Shown here: positions 53,613-63,409 of the stretch, piece by piece | Position numbering within the stretch: position 1 is the stretch's first letter | Layout: the number at the start of each line of letters is the position of its first letter | From: Puniceicoccaceae bacterium | Lineage (GTDB): Bacteria > Verrucomicrobiota > Verrucomicrobiia > Opitutales > Oceanipulchritudinaceae | Direction: 5' to 3' | DNA: 64,000 bases | Assembly (NCBI GenBank): GCA_040830765.1 | Contig: JBFOMH010000002.1 | Location: 32,001-96,000, forward strand | Translations under genes and position numbers: made by a program | The notes under the pieces: model-generated | What the model saw: the letters and a program-made list of their open reading frames with translations, nothing else | Database searches by the model: none | What the model was told of the DNA's origin: nothing

Positions 53613-54101
53613 ATCTTAATCTTAGCCTTAATCTTGATCTTAATCTCCCCTACCACATGAAGGTCGAATTCAACCACGAGAAACTCAAGGTTTACAGGGA
53701 CTCAATCCTGTTTGTGAACAAGTTGAACCAGATCCTGGATTCGCAAAAATCCAGAACCCCAATCAGGGATCAGATAGAAAGAGCGTCCATCTCGATTCCT
53801 TTAAATATCGCTGAAGGAAACGGCAAGTTCACGCCTAGAGACAAGTGCAGATTTTTTGATATTGCCCGTGGCTCGGCAATGGAATGCGCCGCTTGTCTGG
53901 ACATTCTTGTCGTTAAAGAAGAGATAGCCCCGCACATGGCTAAAATGTTGAAGGGTATCCTCCACGAAATCGTATGCATGCTGGTCGGCTTAATCCAATC
54001 AACGGATAAAAGGAGGAACTACTAAGTGGAAACTTTTGGAGTTAACCAAAAATCACGATTACGGCTTAGATTAAGATCAAGATTAAGGCTAAGATTAAGA
54101 T
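53613..54101. mobile_element. Putative element: four-helix-bundle gene bounded by perfect 34-bp inverted hexamer arms
   Basis: 53613-53646 is the exact reverse complement of 54068-54101. The interior is visibly more AT-rich than the flanking genes. Mobility is inferred. Confidence 0.6.
53657..54025 (+). CDS. Four helix bundle protein (23S rRNA IVS-encoded / bAvd-like family)
   Basis: HEKLKVY, DQIERASISIPLNIAEG and FFDIARGSAMEC motifs. Confidence 0.92.
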   Translation: MKVEFNHEKLKVYRDSILFVNKLNQILDSQKSRTPIRDQIERASISIPLNIAEGNGKFTPRDKCRFFDIARGSAMECAACLDILVVKEEIAPHMAKMLKGILHEIVCMLVGLIQSTDKRRNY

Positions 54102-54106
54102 CTAAT

Positions 54107-55135
54107 TTAATGAATCAGATCCCAGACGACGCGGCAGTCGTGTATCAGCTTTTTCAGGACATCGGGAGTGACGGCCTGCTTGGGATCGTCGCCGATGCCG
54201 GAGATGGGATTGACGTGGGCCTCGATGATAAGCCCGTCGGCCCCGTAGGCGATGGCGGCGAGGGAGCAGGCGGGGACAAACTTGGCCCGGCCGACGGCGT
54301 GGGAGGGATCAGCCACGACGGGTGCCCATGACTTGTCCTTGAGCAACGGGGTGATGCTCTCGTCCGGGTGATTGCGGAAACCGTCGAGAGCGGGCATGGT
54401 CCCGCGGGGACAGAAAATGACATTGGGATTGCCGTTGGCGGCAAGGTACTCGGCGGCGGAAATATATTCGTCAACCGGTCCCATGTGGCGACTACGCTTG
54501 AGGAGGACCGGGATTCCGGCCTCCGCGGTGCGGCGGCCAATTTCCGCCAGAAGGGTGTAATTGAGGGCGTTGCGGGTCCCGATCTGGAGGACGTCGACTT
54601 CGGCATCCAAAGCAACCGTCAACTGGGCCTCGTCCATGACCTCGGCGACCACCGGCAGACCCGTGCGGGTACGTGCCTCGAGCAGTACCTCCATGGTCTT
54701 GGCGGTTCCCTGGTAGCTGTGGGGAGAGGTTCGCGGTTTCCAGACACCCCCGCGGATACCGTGGGCGCCCGCTTCCTGGACAGCGGCAGCGGTCTCCAGG
54801 AAGGCCTGAGGATTCTTCGGATCGATGGTGCAATGACCGGCAATGAAAAGGGGTTCCTTGCCCAGCTCCACGTTTCCAATGCGGATGGAGTGTTGGGCCA
54901 GGTCGGAGCGGGCATCCATCAGCTTGTAGACCGACTCCATGCGGTCGACCCGGTCGATGTACTCCAGTCCGACGAGGCGATTGACCATGGTTTCACTCCG
55001 CTCATCCCCGATGATGGCGTAGATATTGCGGTGTGCCCCGTAGATGACCTGAATCTTACAGCCGAATTCGCCGACGATGGCCTCGACTTCGGAGAGTTGA
55101 GGATCGGTCAGGGTAGGTGCCTTGGAAATAATCAT
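54107..55135 (-). CDS. DAHP synthase, type I-beta, with N-terminal regulatory domain
   Basis: RGGVWKPRTSP, QIGTRN, PVLLKR, DPSHAVG and DGLIIEAH motifs. Confidence 0.92.
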   Translation of the reverse strand: MIISKAPTLTDPQLSEVEAIVGEFGCKIQVIYGAHRNIYAIIGDERSETMVNRLVGLEYIDRVDRMESVYKLMDARSDLAQHSIRIGNVELGKEPLFIAGHCTIDPKNPQAFLETAAAVQEAGAHGIRGGVWKPRTSPHSYQGTAKTMEVLLEARTRTGLPVVAEVMDEAQLTVALDAEVDVLQIGTRNALNYTLLAEIGRRTAEAGIPVLLKRSRHMGPVDEYISAAEYLAANGNPNVIFCPRGTMPALDGFRNHPDESITPLLKDKSWAPVVADPSHAVGRAKFVPACSLAAIAYGADGLIIEAHVNPISGIGDDPKQAVTPDVLKKLIHDCRVVWDLIH

Positions 55136-55160
55136 AAGCGGAGAGAATTAGCCAATCCGC

Positions 55161-55883
55161 CTAGTGAAGGGCAACGGCAAAAACGTCCGGAACCGGGCTT
55201 TCGGCCTGGAAATCCACCTCAGTACCGTCAATCGCCAGGTGGACCTGCGTCCTGAAACTGTGCAGGAAAAGCCGGTTCACGCCCTTGAGCTGCTTGAATT
55301 CGCGGTTGAAGGCATATTGACCATAGGTGGAATCGCCGATGATGGGCAGGTGCCGGTGGGCACACTGGACCCTGAGCTGGTGTGTCTTGCCCGTTTTCGG
55401 ATTGAGGGCGATGAGCGCCCGCGCTGGTGGGCCGGACCCGCGTTCCAGGAGGCGCATCTCACAAAAGGCATTGGCCCGGCCGAGGGTGACAACGGTGCGC
55501 AGGGAGCCACGTTGGCGGACCACCTTGAGGCAATCCCGCCAGCTGTCCTGCGGACGTGGAGGGATGCCTTTGACCAGGGCCACGTATTCCTTGCTGACCG
55601 AGTGCCGGGAGAAGCATTCCCTGACTTTCCGGGCGACCTCAAGGGTCTCGGCCATGAGGATCACCCCGCTGGTCGGGGCATCCAGACGATTGAGCAAGTA
55701 CCATGAACGGGTCCCGTCGAAATAGCTTTCCGTCTCGTGGTCGTAATCCGCCTCCAGGAGGGTGCTTTTGCGTTCCCCGCGGATGTTGGGATGGGACATG
55801 ATGCCGGCAGCCTTCTCCAGCGCCATCAGACCCGAGGGATGGGTCGTGAGCAGGCGGCAGGATTTATGTAGCGGCAAACCCAT
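55161..55883 (-). CDS. RluA-family RNA pseudouridine synthase
   Basis: RLDAPTSG, TGKTHQLRV, PIIGDSTYG and LFLH motifs. Confidence 0.9.
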   Translation of the reverse strand: MGLPLHKSCRLLTTHPSGLMALEKAAGIMSHPNIRGERKSTLLEADYDHETESYFDGTRSWYLLNRLDAPTSGVILMAETLEVARKVRECFSRHSVSKEYVALVKGIPPRPQDSWRDCLKVVRQRGSLRTVVTLGRANAFCEMRLLERGSGPPARALIALNPKTGKTHQLRVQCAHRHLPIIGDSTYGQYAFNREFKQLKGVNRLFLHSFRTQVHLAIDGTEVDFQAESPVPDVFAVALH

Positions 55884-55889
55884 GACATT

Positions 55890-57017
55890 CTAGTAATAGA
55901 AGTGAATGGCACAGGGAGCCTTCTCCCCCATCTTGACGATCATCTCGGGAGTCCATTCGAAGTACGGCGCCTCCCCGACGATGGCATCGACGGAGATCGT
56001 ATCGGCTAGCTTCCCGGCCGAAGTATGGGCCACCTTGACATCCGTCACCTGGCCATCACGGGTGATCGAGAACTGGACCACGACGCGCCCCCCGGGCGGG
56101 ATGGCCCGGGTATTGTAGACAAGGTTGCGCCAGCGGGCCTCGATGATCTCCGCGACCCGCCGCCAGTATTCGCCAAACTCCGAGTACTGGGCATCAAAGG
56201 CCAGCCGGCCAATGACAATGGCCCCCTGCCGGTTATCCTTGATGGGGCCGAAGGAAGTGTCCCGCTCGACCCGCAGGCGGGGCCGCGGAGTCGGCGTGGG
56301 CTGCTGGGCCGCCTGCGCCGGGGTGGTCATTTCCGCCTGCCCCTGGCCATCGTACTCACTGGTCACGAGGACCTCCTCGAGGGGTTCGGTAGGCTCTTCC
56401 GGTTCCTCCTGGGCCTCGGCCGGATTCTCAATGCTGGCTATGCCCTCGTCGGTCTCCGGCGCTTGCTCAATGTAGTCCGGATCCACCTGGACCGGTTGCT
56501 CCCGGGGTGCTGCTTCCTGCTGCACAACGGGACTGGCGGCCGAAGTCGGGCTGGCGGCTGGCGGCGAAGGGGGTGTCGGCTCCTGGTTGGGATTGCCCTG
56601 GATCAAGCGGTTGGATTCCTCTTCATCCCCCTCGACATAGGGCGTGTTGTCGGGGCTGAGGGCGGCGATGGCCTCCTCCTGGGCGGCGACCTGGTTGCGG
56701 TCGGAAATATTGAGGGTCTCCTCGGGCACCTGCTCCTGGACATTGGGAGCGGCCCGGACATAGGTCTCCTCCATCTCGGGCTGTTCGGGAATGGCCTCAA
56801 GCATGATTTCCATTGATTGCGGGATCAGGACCTGTTTTTCCGGCTCCTCGAACAATTCCCGCGGTGTGGCCCAGAAGAGGAGAAGGTGCAGGAAAAAAGC
56901 CAGCAGGATGGCGGCGAACAAACCTTCGCGGTTGCGCCGTTCCTCATCTTCCCGGGGATTCCGCTGGCGGGTCCTCCGGTCTGGTTTCTCAACTGTCGAC
57001 CTGTAATCGTACATCAT
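55890..57017 (-). CDS. TonB/TolA-like protein
   Basis: Single TM (FFLHLLLF), Pro/Glu-rich linker and a TonB-C-like terminus (VVVQFSITRDGQV). Confidence 0.7.
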   Translation of the reverse strand: MMYDYRSTVEKPDRRTRQRNPREDEERRNREGLFAAILLAFFLHLLLFWATPRELFEEPEKQVLIPQSMEIMLEAIPEQPEMEETYVRAAPNVQEQVPEETLNISDRNQVAAQEEAIAALSPDNTPYVEGDEEESNRLIQGNPNQEPTPPSPPAASPTSAASPVVQQEAAPREQPVQVDPDYIEQAPETDEGIASIENPAEAQEEPEEPTEPLEEVLVTSEYDGQGQAEMTTPAQAAQQPTPTPRPRLRVERDTSFGPIKDNRQGAIVIGRLAFDAQYSEFGEYWRRVAEIIEARWRNLVYNTRAIPPGGRVVVQFSITRDGQVTDVKVAHTSAGKLADTISVDAIVGEAPYFEWTPEMIVKMGEKAPCAIHFYY

Positions 57018-57607
57018 GCCTTCATCGATGGCAGGGCCACCCAATCCAGTTGGACCAACTCGGTTTGCAAACGTTGAACCGGGAGGCCCATTATATTTTC
57101 AAAGGAGCCACTGAAGCCCTCGATAATGAGGTCCCCGTGTTCCTGGATGGCATAAGCCCCCGCCTTGTCGTAGACGTGCACCTTGCCAAGGTACTGGTCA
57201 ATCAAAGCGCGGGTGAGTTCCCGGAAAGTGACTTCGCTGGTTGCGTGGAAACAATGTTCCCTGCCTTCAAGCAGCAGGGCCATTCCCGTGACGACCTGAT
57301 GCTGCCGGCCACTGAGGGTGGACAGCATGGCCACGGCATCCTCCCGGTTACGGGGCTTGGCAAAGAGACGCTGGCCGAGGGCAACCGTGGTATCGGCGGC
57401 AATGACAAGCGCCTCCGGACGTTCAGTGGCAACCGCCCTGCCCTTGTGGAGGGCATTGTGCTCCACCTGGTGGACCGGATCGGCAGTATCCGGTTCCCAT
57501 TCCGGAATATCCGGGGAAATAACCTCGAAGTCCGGCTGGATGCGGGCCAGCAACTCGCGGCGCCGCGGCGAAGCGGAGGCCAGAATCCACTGGATTCCGT
57601 CGCTCAT
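57014..57607 (-). CDS. maf: Maf-family nucleoside triphosphate pyrophosphatase
   Basis: ILASASPRR, ADT and DKAGAYAIQ motifs. Confidence 0.94.
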   Translation of the reverse strand: MSDGIQWILASASPRRRELLARIQPDFEVISPDIPEWEPDTADPVHQVEHNALHKGRAVATERPEALVIAADTTVALGQRLFAKPRNREDAVAMLSTLSGRQHQVVTGMALLLEGREHCFHATSEVTFRELTRALIDQYLGKVHVYDKAGAYAIQEHGDLIIEGFSGSFENIMGLPVQRLQTELVQLDWVALPSMKA

Positions 57608-58542
57608 AAGGTGCGGAGGGCGGGAATGGTCCGGACAAGGTAGTCCCGGCTCGCGATAATCTCCTCGGTCGTCAGGCGCGGGCTCATTTCCATGACGACG
57701 ACATCGTCCTCGCGGACATTGTCGGCAATGATGGACCAGTCGATGACGCCGGTTCCCGGCACCTGGTGATCGTGGTTGGCCGCACTGACATCATGGAGGT
57801 GAAAGCCGACCAGGTGCGGACGGAGGGATTCGAGGTGCTCCCGATGATCAATCAGGCCCATACGGACCTTCAACTCGGCGTGCCCGGAATCGTGCCAGTA
57901 GCCAAAAACCTCGTGCTCCTTGAGCGATTCCTGCAGGGCCAGCATGTCGGCATCAAGGGGCAGCTCGCTGAAGGCCTCGCGGTTTTCCACCCCGAAGACA
58001 ATGCCCAGTTCCCGGGCCCGGGCGGCGACCAGCCCATAGCTCTCCTTGAGGCGCTTCATGAAGCCTTTTTTCTTCCGGTTCAGTCGCCGCAGACCTTTCT
58101 CACGGGCCTGCTTGAGGGCGTCCGTGTCCTCGCCATCCGCTTCGTCGAAGGCCTTGTCAACAGCCGGCCCGGGGTTTCCCCAGACCAGACGGACCTTTCC
58201 GGAATGCAGGACAACGCGCTGGCAATCAACCCGTGCGGCAAAATCGAGTGTCTTGAGGGTATTGTGCAGCCAGAGGACGCGTTCCCGCCGACTGACCGCT
58301 GATGGCTCATAGAGATTGGGAGCCGCCCCCATTACCCCAACCGGCAAGGGGCAAAAATTGTGTACCGAGGCCACCTTGACAATACCCTGTTCAAGGCCCT
58401 CCAGGATGCCGGGGACAAGACTCAACCGTGTCCCGTGCGACAACTCGACATGGGAAAAGCCCAAATCGGCCAATTCGCGCAACATGGCCTTTCCGTCGTC
58501 GTGACGGTGCGAGTTCCAGCAACTGGAGATGGCAAACTTCAT
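57604..58542 (-). CDS. Xylose-isomerase-like TIM-barrel (AP endonuclease 2 family) protein
   Basis: SVHN, VENR, HDSGH, FHLHD and PGTGVIDW motifs. Confidence 0.85.
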   Translation of the reverse strand: MKFAISSCWNSHRHDDGKAMLRELADLGFSHVELSHGTRLSLVPGILEGLEQGIVKVASVHNFCPLPVGVMGAAPNLYEPSAVSRRERVLWLHNTLKTLDFAARVDCQRVVLHSGKVRLVWGNPGPAVDKAFDEADGEDTDALKQAREKGLRRLNRKKKGFMKRLKESYGLVAARARELGIVFGVENREAFSELPLDADMLALQESLKEHEVFGYWHDSGHAELKVRMGLIDHREHLESLRPHLVGFHLHDVSAANHDHQVPGTGVIDWSIIADNVREDDVVVMEMSPRLTTEEIIASRDYLVRTIPALRTL

Positions 58543-58607
58543 ACGGGCAAAGAGCTAAAGAGAAACCGCAATCAGCCCCGAAGCGCAACCCCGACCTGAA
58601 AAATAGC

Positions 58608-58638
58608 AAAAAAAATCCCTGCCGTTACCGGGCAGGGA
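58608..58638 (-). terminator. Intrinsic terminator of rpsU
   Basis: Minus strand TCCCTGCC-CGGTAAC-GGCAGGGA followed by T8. Confidence 0.8.
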
Positions 58639-58666
58639 CGAAAGACATTGGCCTTTGGGAACCGGA

Positions 58667-58867
58667 TTACTGGTTCTCGTAGCGGGCCCGTAACATGGCG
58701 GAGAAGGCAGCAACCTTCTTCTTGCGGCGACGGACTTCGCACGGCTTTTCGAAATAGCGCTTGGCGCGGACATCACGGATGACGCCTTCACGGTCGAGGC
58801 GCTTCTTGAGCCGGCGCAGGGCGCGCTCAATCGGCTCTCCTTTACGAATCTTAACTTCTACGGACAT
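58667..58867 (-). CDS. rpsU: 30S ribosomal protein S21
   Basis: GEPIERALRRLKK and YFEKP motifs. Confidence 0.96.
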   Translation of the reverse strand: MSVEVKIRKGEPIERALRRLKKRLDREGVIRDVRAKRYFEKPCEVRRRKKKVAAFSAMLRARYENQ

Positions 58868-58931
58868 GATTTATATTGAAATTGAGGAAAAGGGGACGAG
58901 CAAAACAGGCCAGAACGGCGCGTCAACAACA

Positions 58932-59029
58932 AATCTTAATCTCAATCTTGCTCTTAATCTTAATCTCCAGGCCGGCTGGGGGCTTGGGACGGGAAGATTA
59001 AGATTAAGATTAAGGCTAAGATTAAGATT
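58932..59029. repeat. Inverted hexamer-arm pair overlapping the clpB stop codon
   Basis: AATCTTAATCTCAATCTTGCTCTTAATCTTAATCT, a GC-rich spacer, then AAGATTAAGATTAAGATTAAGGCTAAGATTAAGATT. Confidence 0.9.
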
Positions 59030-61637
59030 GGGATGAAGTGATCGTCCAGGCCGGGTGGCCGCCCTCGTCGAGGGAGAAGGTCACAGTGGAATCCTCCGCG
59101 ATTTCGCCGCTGATGATGCCCCGGGCGAGCGCATTCTCGATCTCCTTCTGGATCAGGCGTTTCAGCGGACGGGCCCCATAGACAGGGTCATAGCCCTTTT
59201 CGGCAAACCAGTCCATGGCCGCTTCATCAAGACTGATGCTGACTTTGCGCTCCCGGAGCCGCTTGTTGAGGTCCTGCAGGAGAAGCCCGATGATGAGGCG
59301 GATGTTCTCGAGGGTCAGCGGCTTGAAGAGGATAGTATCATCCAGCCGGTTGAGGAATTCCGGACGGAAAGCATGGCGCAGCTCGGTAAAGACCGATTCG
59401 CGGACGCTTTCGGGAATCTCGTCCCCGCTGACCCCCTCGGTCAGGTAGCGACTGCCGATATTGGAGGTCAGGATGATGATCGTGTTCTTGAAGTCGACTG
59501 TATGTCCCTGGCTGTCGGTAATGCGGCCATCATCCATGATCTGGAGGAGAACGTTAAAGACATCCGGGTGCGCCTTCTCGATTTCGTCAAAAAGGATGAC
59601 GGAATAGGGCTTGCGGCGGACAGCCTCGGTCAACTGGCCCCCCTCGTCGTAACCGACATAGCCCGGGGGCGCCCCGACAAGGCGGGAAACCGAGTGCTTT
59701 TCCATGTATTCGGACATGTCCAGCCGGACCATGTTGTCCTCACTGTCGAACAGGGCCTCCGCGAGGGTACGGGCCAGCTCGGTCTTGCCGACGCCCGTGG
59801 GGCCAAGGAAGAGAAAGCTGCCGATGGGGCGGCGCGGATCCTTGATCCCGGCACGCGAGCGGAGAATGGCCTCGCTGACGACTCGGACGCCTTCCTCCTG
59901 CCCGACCACCCGCTGATGCAGGATGTCTTCCATCTTGAGGAGCTTTTCCTTCTCCCCCTCAAGGAGGCGGGAGACCGGGATGCCGGTCCAGCGGCTGACA
60001 ATGTCGGCGATTTCCTCGTCCGTGACCTCCTCCTTGAAGAGGTGGCTCTGCTTTTCACGGGCCGCAGCTTCGGCTTCCTTGAGCTTCTGCTCCAGATCGG
60101 GCAAGGTCCCGTGGCGCAACTGGGCGGCCCGGTTGAGATCATAGACCCGTTCCGCGGCATCCATCTCAGTGCGGACCTGCTCGATCTCCTCCCGGATGCG
60201 GCGGGTCGACTCGATGGTCGACTTCTCGCTTTCCCACTGGGCCCGCAAGGCGGAATGTCCCTCGCGGGCATTGGCCAGTTCCTCGCGCAGCTCCTCAAGG
60301 CGCTCACGGGAGGGCTGGTCCTTTTCCTTCTTCAGGGCCGCCTCCTCGATCTCCAGCTGCATGACGCGACGGGACAGGGCATCCAGCTCCTGCGGGAGGG
60401 AGTCCATTTCGGTACGGACCATGGCAGCCGCCTCGTCGACGAGGTCGATTGCCTTGTCGGGCAGGAATCGATCGGTGATGTAGCGATGCGAGAGGGTGGC
60501 CGCATTGACGAGCGCGTTGTCGGTAATGCGGACCCCATGGTGGACTTCAAAGCGCTCCCGCAAGCCACGCAGGATGGAAATGCTGTCCTCGACCGTCGGC
60601 TGCTCGACGAGGACCGGCTGGAAGCGGCGCTCCAGGGCGGCATCCTTCTCGATGTGCTTGCGGTATTCATCAAGTGTCGTGGCCCCGATACAGTGTAGCT
60701 CACCCCGGGCCAGCATCGGCTTCAAAAGGTTGCCGGCGTCCATTGCACCTTCGGCCTTTCCGGCCCCGACAATGGTGTGCAGCTCATCGATAAAGAGCAG
60801 GATCCGCCCTTCCGCGGCCTTGATTTCCTGCAGGACTGCCTTGAGGCGTTCCTCAAATTCCCCGCGGTACTTGGCCCCGGCGAGCAAGGCCCCCATGTCG
60901 AGCGCGAAGACCGTCTTGTCCTTCAGCCCTTCCGGGACGTCGCCCTTGAGGATCCGCTGGGCCAGGCCCTCGACAATGGCCGTCTTGCCCACACCCGGGT
61001 CCCCGATGAGGACAGGATTGTTCTTGGTCTTCCGGGAAAGTATCCGCACCACCCGGCGGATCTCGTCGTCCCGGCCAATGACCGGGTCCAGTTTGCCCAT
61101 CCGGGCCGTCTCCACGAGGTCGATGCCGTACTTTTCCAGCACCTCGTAGGTCCCCTCGGGATTCTGGTTGGTCACCCGCTGGGTTCCCCGCAGTGACCGG
61201 ATTGCCTCACGGACGCGCGATTCGGTCAGTTCAAAGGTCTCGAAAAACGTTTTCTGGCCGGTCTTGGCAGCCTGCCGGACAAGTCCCAGGAACAGGTGCT
61301 CGACGGAGACAAATTCATCCTTCATCTGGCTGGCCAGTTGCTCGGCATCGCTGAAGACACTGCCCAGCCCCTCCGTTATGTAGACGGTTCCTGCGGCCGT
61401 GGACCCGCTGACCGCGGGCAGCTTCTCCAGCTCCCGGTTCAGGGCCAGTTCCACCGCCGAGACGGTAATGTCGAGCCGCTTCAGAAGGGCCGGGACAATC
61501 CCGTCAGCCTGCAGCAGCATTCCGGCCAGCAAGTGCCAGCCGTCCACCTGCTGGTGTCCCAGCCGGCGGGCTTCTGTCTGCGCACTGGCCACTGCTTCCC
61601 GGGCCCGTTCTGTGTATTTGTTGGCGTCAAAAGTCAT
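59022..61637 (-). CDS. clpB: Chaperone ClpB
   Basis: Two AAA modules ([16 protein letters not shown]) and a middle coiled coil; GGAGG upstream of ATG 61637. Confidence 0.97.
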   Translation of the reverse strand: MTFDANKYTERAREAVASAQTEARRLGHQQVDGWHLLAGMLLQADGIVPALLKRLDITVSAVELALNRELEKLPAVSGSTAAGTVYITEGLGSVFSDAEQLASQMKDEFVSVEHLFLGLVRQAAKTGQKTFFETFELTESRVREAIRSLRGTQRVTNQNPEGTYEVLEKYGIDLVETARMGKLDPVIGRDDEIRRVVRILSRKTKNNPVLIGDPGVGKTAIVEGLAQRILKGDVPEGLKDKTVFALDMGALLAGAKYRGEFEERLKAVLQEIKAAEGRILLFIDELHTIVGAGKAEGAMDAGNLLKPMLARGELHCIGATTLDEYRKHIEKDAALERRFQPVLVEQPTVEDSISILRGLRERFEVHHGVRITDNALVNAATLSHRYITDRFLPDKAIDLVDEAAAMVRTEMDSLPQELDALSRRVMQLEIEEAALKKEKDQPSRERLEELREELANAREGHSALRAQWESEKSTIESTRRIREEIEQVRTEMDAAERVYDLNRAAQLRHGTLPDLEQKLKEAEAAAREKQSHLFKEEVTDEEIADIVSRWTGIPVSRLLEGEKEKLLKMEDILHQRVVGQEEGVRVVSEAILRSRAGIKDPRRPIGSFLFLGPTGVGKTELARTLAEALFDSEDNMVRLDMSEYMEKHSVSRLVGAPPGYVGYDEGGQLTEAVRRKPYSVILFDEIEKAHPDVFNVLLQIMDDGRITDSQGHTVDFKNTIIILTSNIGSRYLTEGVSGDEIPESVRESVFTELRHAFRPEFLNRLDDTILFKPLTLENIRLIIGLLLQDLNKRLRERKVSISLDEAAMDWFAEKGYDPVYGARPLKRLIQKEIENALARGIISGEIAEDSTVTFSLDEGGHPAWTITSSQS

Positions 61638-61649
61638 GCCTCCGTTAAC

Positions 61650-61733
61650 GCACAAATTGTACCAGCCTCAATTATTCATTAAAGCATTGATATAAAACAG
61701 CTTACAGAATAATCTCATTTCCCGGATGAGACA
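61650..61733 (-). promoter_or_regulatory. Candidate sigma54 promoter, IHF site and palindrome upstream of clpB
   Basis: Minus strand TGG-TACAATTTGT-GC (GG-N10-GC); TATCAATGCTTTA matches WATCAANNNNTTR; TCTCAT-N7-ATGAGA inverted repeat. Confidence 0.45.
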
Positions 61734-61780
61734 GTATTACCCACCCCGGGAAAGCGCCTTTTCAGCAAAGCGCCATTTTG

Positions 61781-63409
61781 TCACTCACCGGAGGGGACCA
61801 GCCGGACTGCCTTATAGGGCTGATCCATGAGGGGTTTCGGTGCCCAGCCCTGCACATCCGGGTGCATGAGGTACATGTTGCGGGACCAAGTAATGGGAAG
61901 AATGGGCAAAGCCTCCATGAGGATGGCCTCGGCCCTGGCAAGGAGGGCATAGCGGGCGGCGAGGTCGGTCTGCTGGTTGGCTTCGAGGACGAGGCGGTCA
62001 AACTCGGCATTGCTGAAGCCGGTCCGGTTGTTGCCATCGCCGGTGCGCATAATCTTGAGGAAGGTGGCCGGGTCGAGGTAGTCGCCGATCCAGGAGAGGA
62101 GGAAGATATCGAAATTGCCGCTGTCCATCTCGCTGATGAGGACCTGCCACTCCTTGTTAAGGATGGTGATGTCAATATTGAGTTCCGTGCGCCACATTTC
62201 CTGGACGACCTCGGCAAAAATCCGGGTGGTATCGTTGTTGACGATAATGAACTCAAGGTTGGGGAAGCCGGCACCATCGGGATAACCCGCCTCGGCCAAC
62301 AACTGGCGGGCCCGATCCGGATCATAACCGACCGGCTTCCCGGAGGGGTAACCATCAATAAAGGGGGGAACGAATCCACCGGCCGGCTGGCCGTTCTTGG
62401 TCACCTTGTCGATGATGGCCTGGCGATCGAGGGCAAGGTAAAGGGCACGGCGGACCTTGGGGTCGGAAATGGCCTCGTTGAGGGTGTTGATGCCCATGTA
62501 CCCGGTGGCGAAAAGCGGATCCTCGCGGAGGGTCGGGTTGTTTTCCTGACGATACTTGTCCCGTAGGTTGTAGGGAATGCCATTGGTGGCATGCAGCTGG
62601 CCGGTGAGGAACATGCGGTTCTCCGTCTGGCGGTCCTGGACAGGGAAGAAATGGATGGCGTTGAGGGTTACCGAATCAGCGTCCCAGTGATTGGGATTCT
62701 TTTCGACGATGATGCGCTGGTTGGGCTTCCACTCCTTGAGGAGGAAAGGTCCATTGCCGACAAAGTTCTCCGGCCGGGTCCAGCCACTGTCCCGGCTGGC
62801 AAAGGCATCGAAGGCCTCGATGGTTCCCCGGTGAATGGGATACCAGGTGTAATGGGGCAGCATGAGGGGAAAATACGGCGTCGGGCCATCGAGAATGACC
62901 TGCAGGGTCGAGGCATCAATGACCCGGATACCGACCTCGGAAAAGTCGCTGATCTCCCCACGGTTATAGGCAGCGGCGTTTTTGACCCGGAAGAGCATGC
63001 TCGAATACGGTGCCCCGAATTCCGGGTTAAGGATGCGCCGGTAGGCGTAGGCAAAGTCGTCAGCGGTCACCCGGTCGCCATTGCTCCAGTAGGCTTCGCG
63101 CAGGTAGAAGGTCCAGACACTCTTGTCGTCATTGGATTCCCACGACTTGGCCATGCCGGGAGCCACCTTGTTGCTGGTCTCGGGGTGCTCCGTGACCAGG
63201 CCCTCGACGAGCGACTTGATAACCCTGTTTTCCGGCATCCCGGTGACGATATGGTGATCGAGGTCGCGCGGCTCGGCGCCGTTGTTGTAGAGGAAGACCC
63301 CGTTGCGGGTGGCCTCCGCCACGGCAGATTCCGATTTGCCGCAGCCGGCAAGCAATGTCAGGAGGGCGGCCGCGGCCACTGTCAGAAAGATGAAGGGTTT
63401 ATTAGTCAT
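61781..63409 (-). CDS. Oligopeptide ABC substrate-binding lipoprotein (OppA-like)
   Basis: Lipobox LAGC; EPRDLD, WSNGD.VTA.DF, GNGPF and WIGDY.DP motifs. Confidence 0.92.
   Translation of the reverse strand: MTNKPFIFLTVAAAALLTLLAGCGKSESAVAEATRNGVFLYNNGAEPRDLDHHIVTGMPENRVIKSLVEGLVTEHPETSNKVAPGMAKSWESNDDKSVWTFYLREAYWSNGDRVTADDFAYAYRRILNPEFGAPYSSMLFRVKNAAAYNRGEISDFSEVGIRVIDASTLQVILDGPTPYFPLMLPHYTWYPIHRGTIEAFDAFASRDSGWTRPENFVGNGPFLLKEWKPNQRIIVEKNPNHWDADSVTLNAIHFFPVQDRQTENRMFLTGQLHATNGIPYNLRDKYRQENNPTLREDPLFATGYMGINTLNEAISDPKVRRALYLALDRQAIIDKVTKNGQPAGGFVPPFIDGYPSGKPVGYDPDRARQLLAEAGYPDGAGFPNLEFIIVNNDTTRIFAEVVQEMWRTELNIDITILNKEWQVLISEMDSGNFDIFLLSWIGDYLDPATFLKIMRTGDGNNRTGFSNAEFDRLVLEANQQTDLAARYALLARAEAILMEALPILPITWSRNMYLMHPDVQGWAPKPLMDQPYKAVRLVPSGE

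Noticed and set aside
53657..54025. Diversity-generating retroelement (Avd-like gene) or rRNA intervening sequence
   Set aside because: No reverse transcriptase, TR/VR pair or rRNA gene seen in the window.
54026..54331. Low-complexity peptides (LRLRLR, ILILAL, NLNLNL) here and at 24259, 58761, 743 and 884
   Set aside because: They are translations of the hexamer arms, not plausible proteins.
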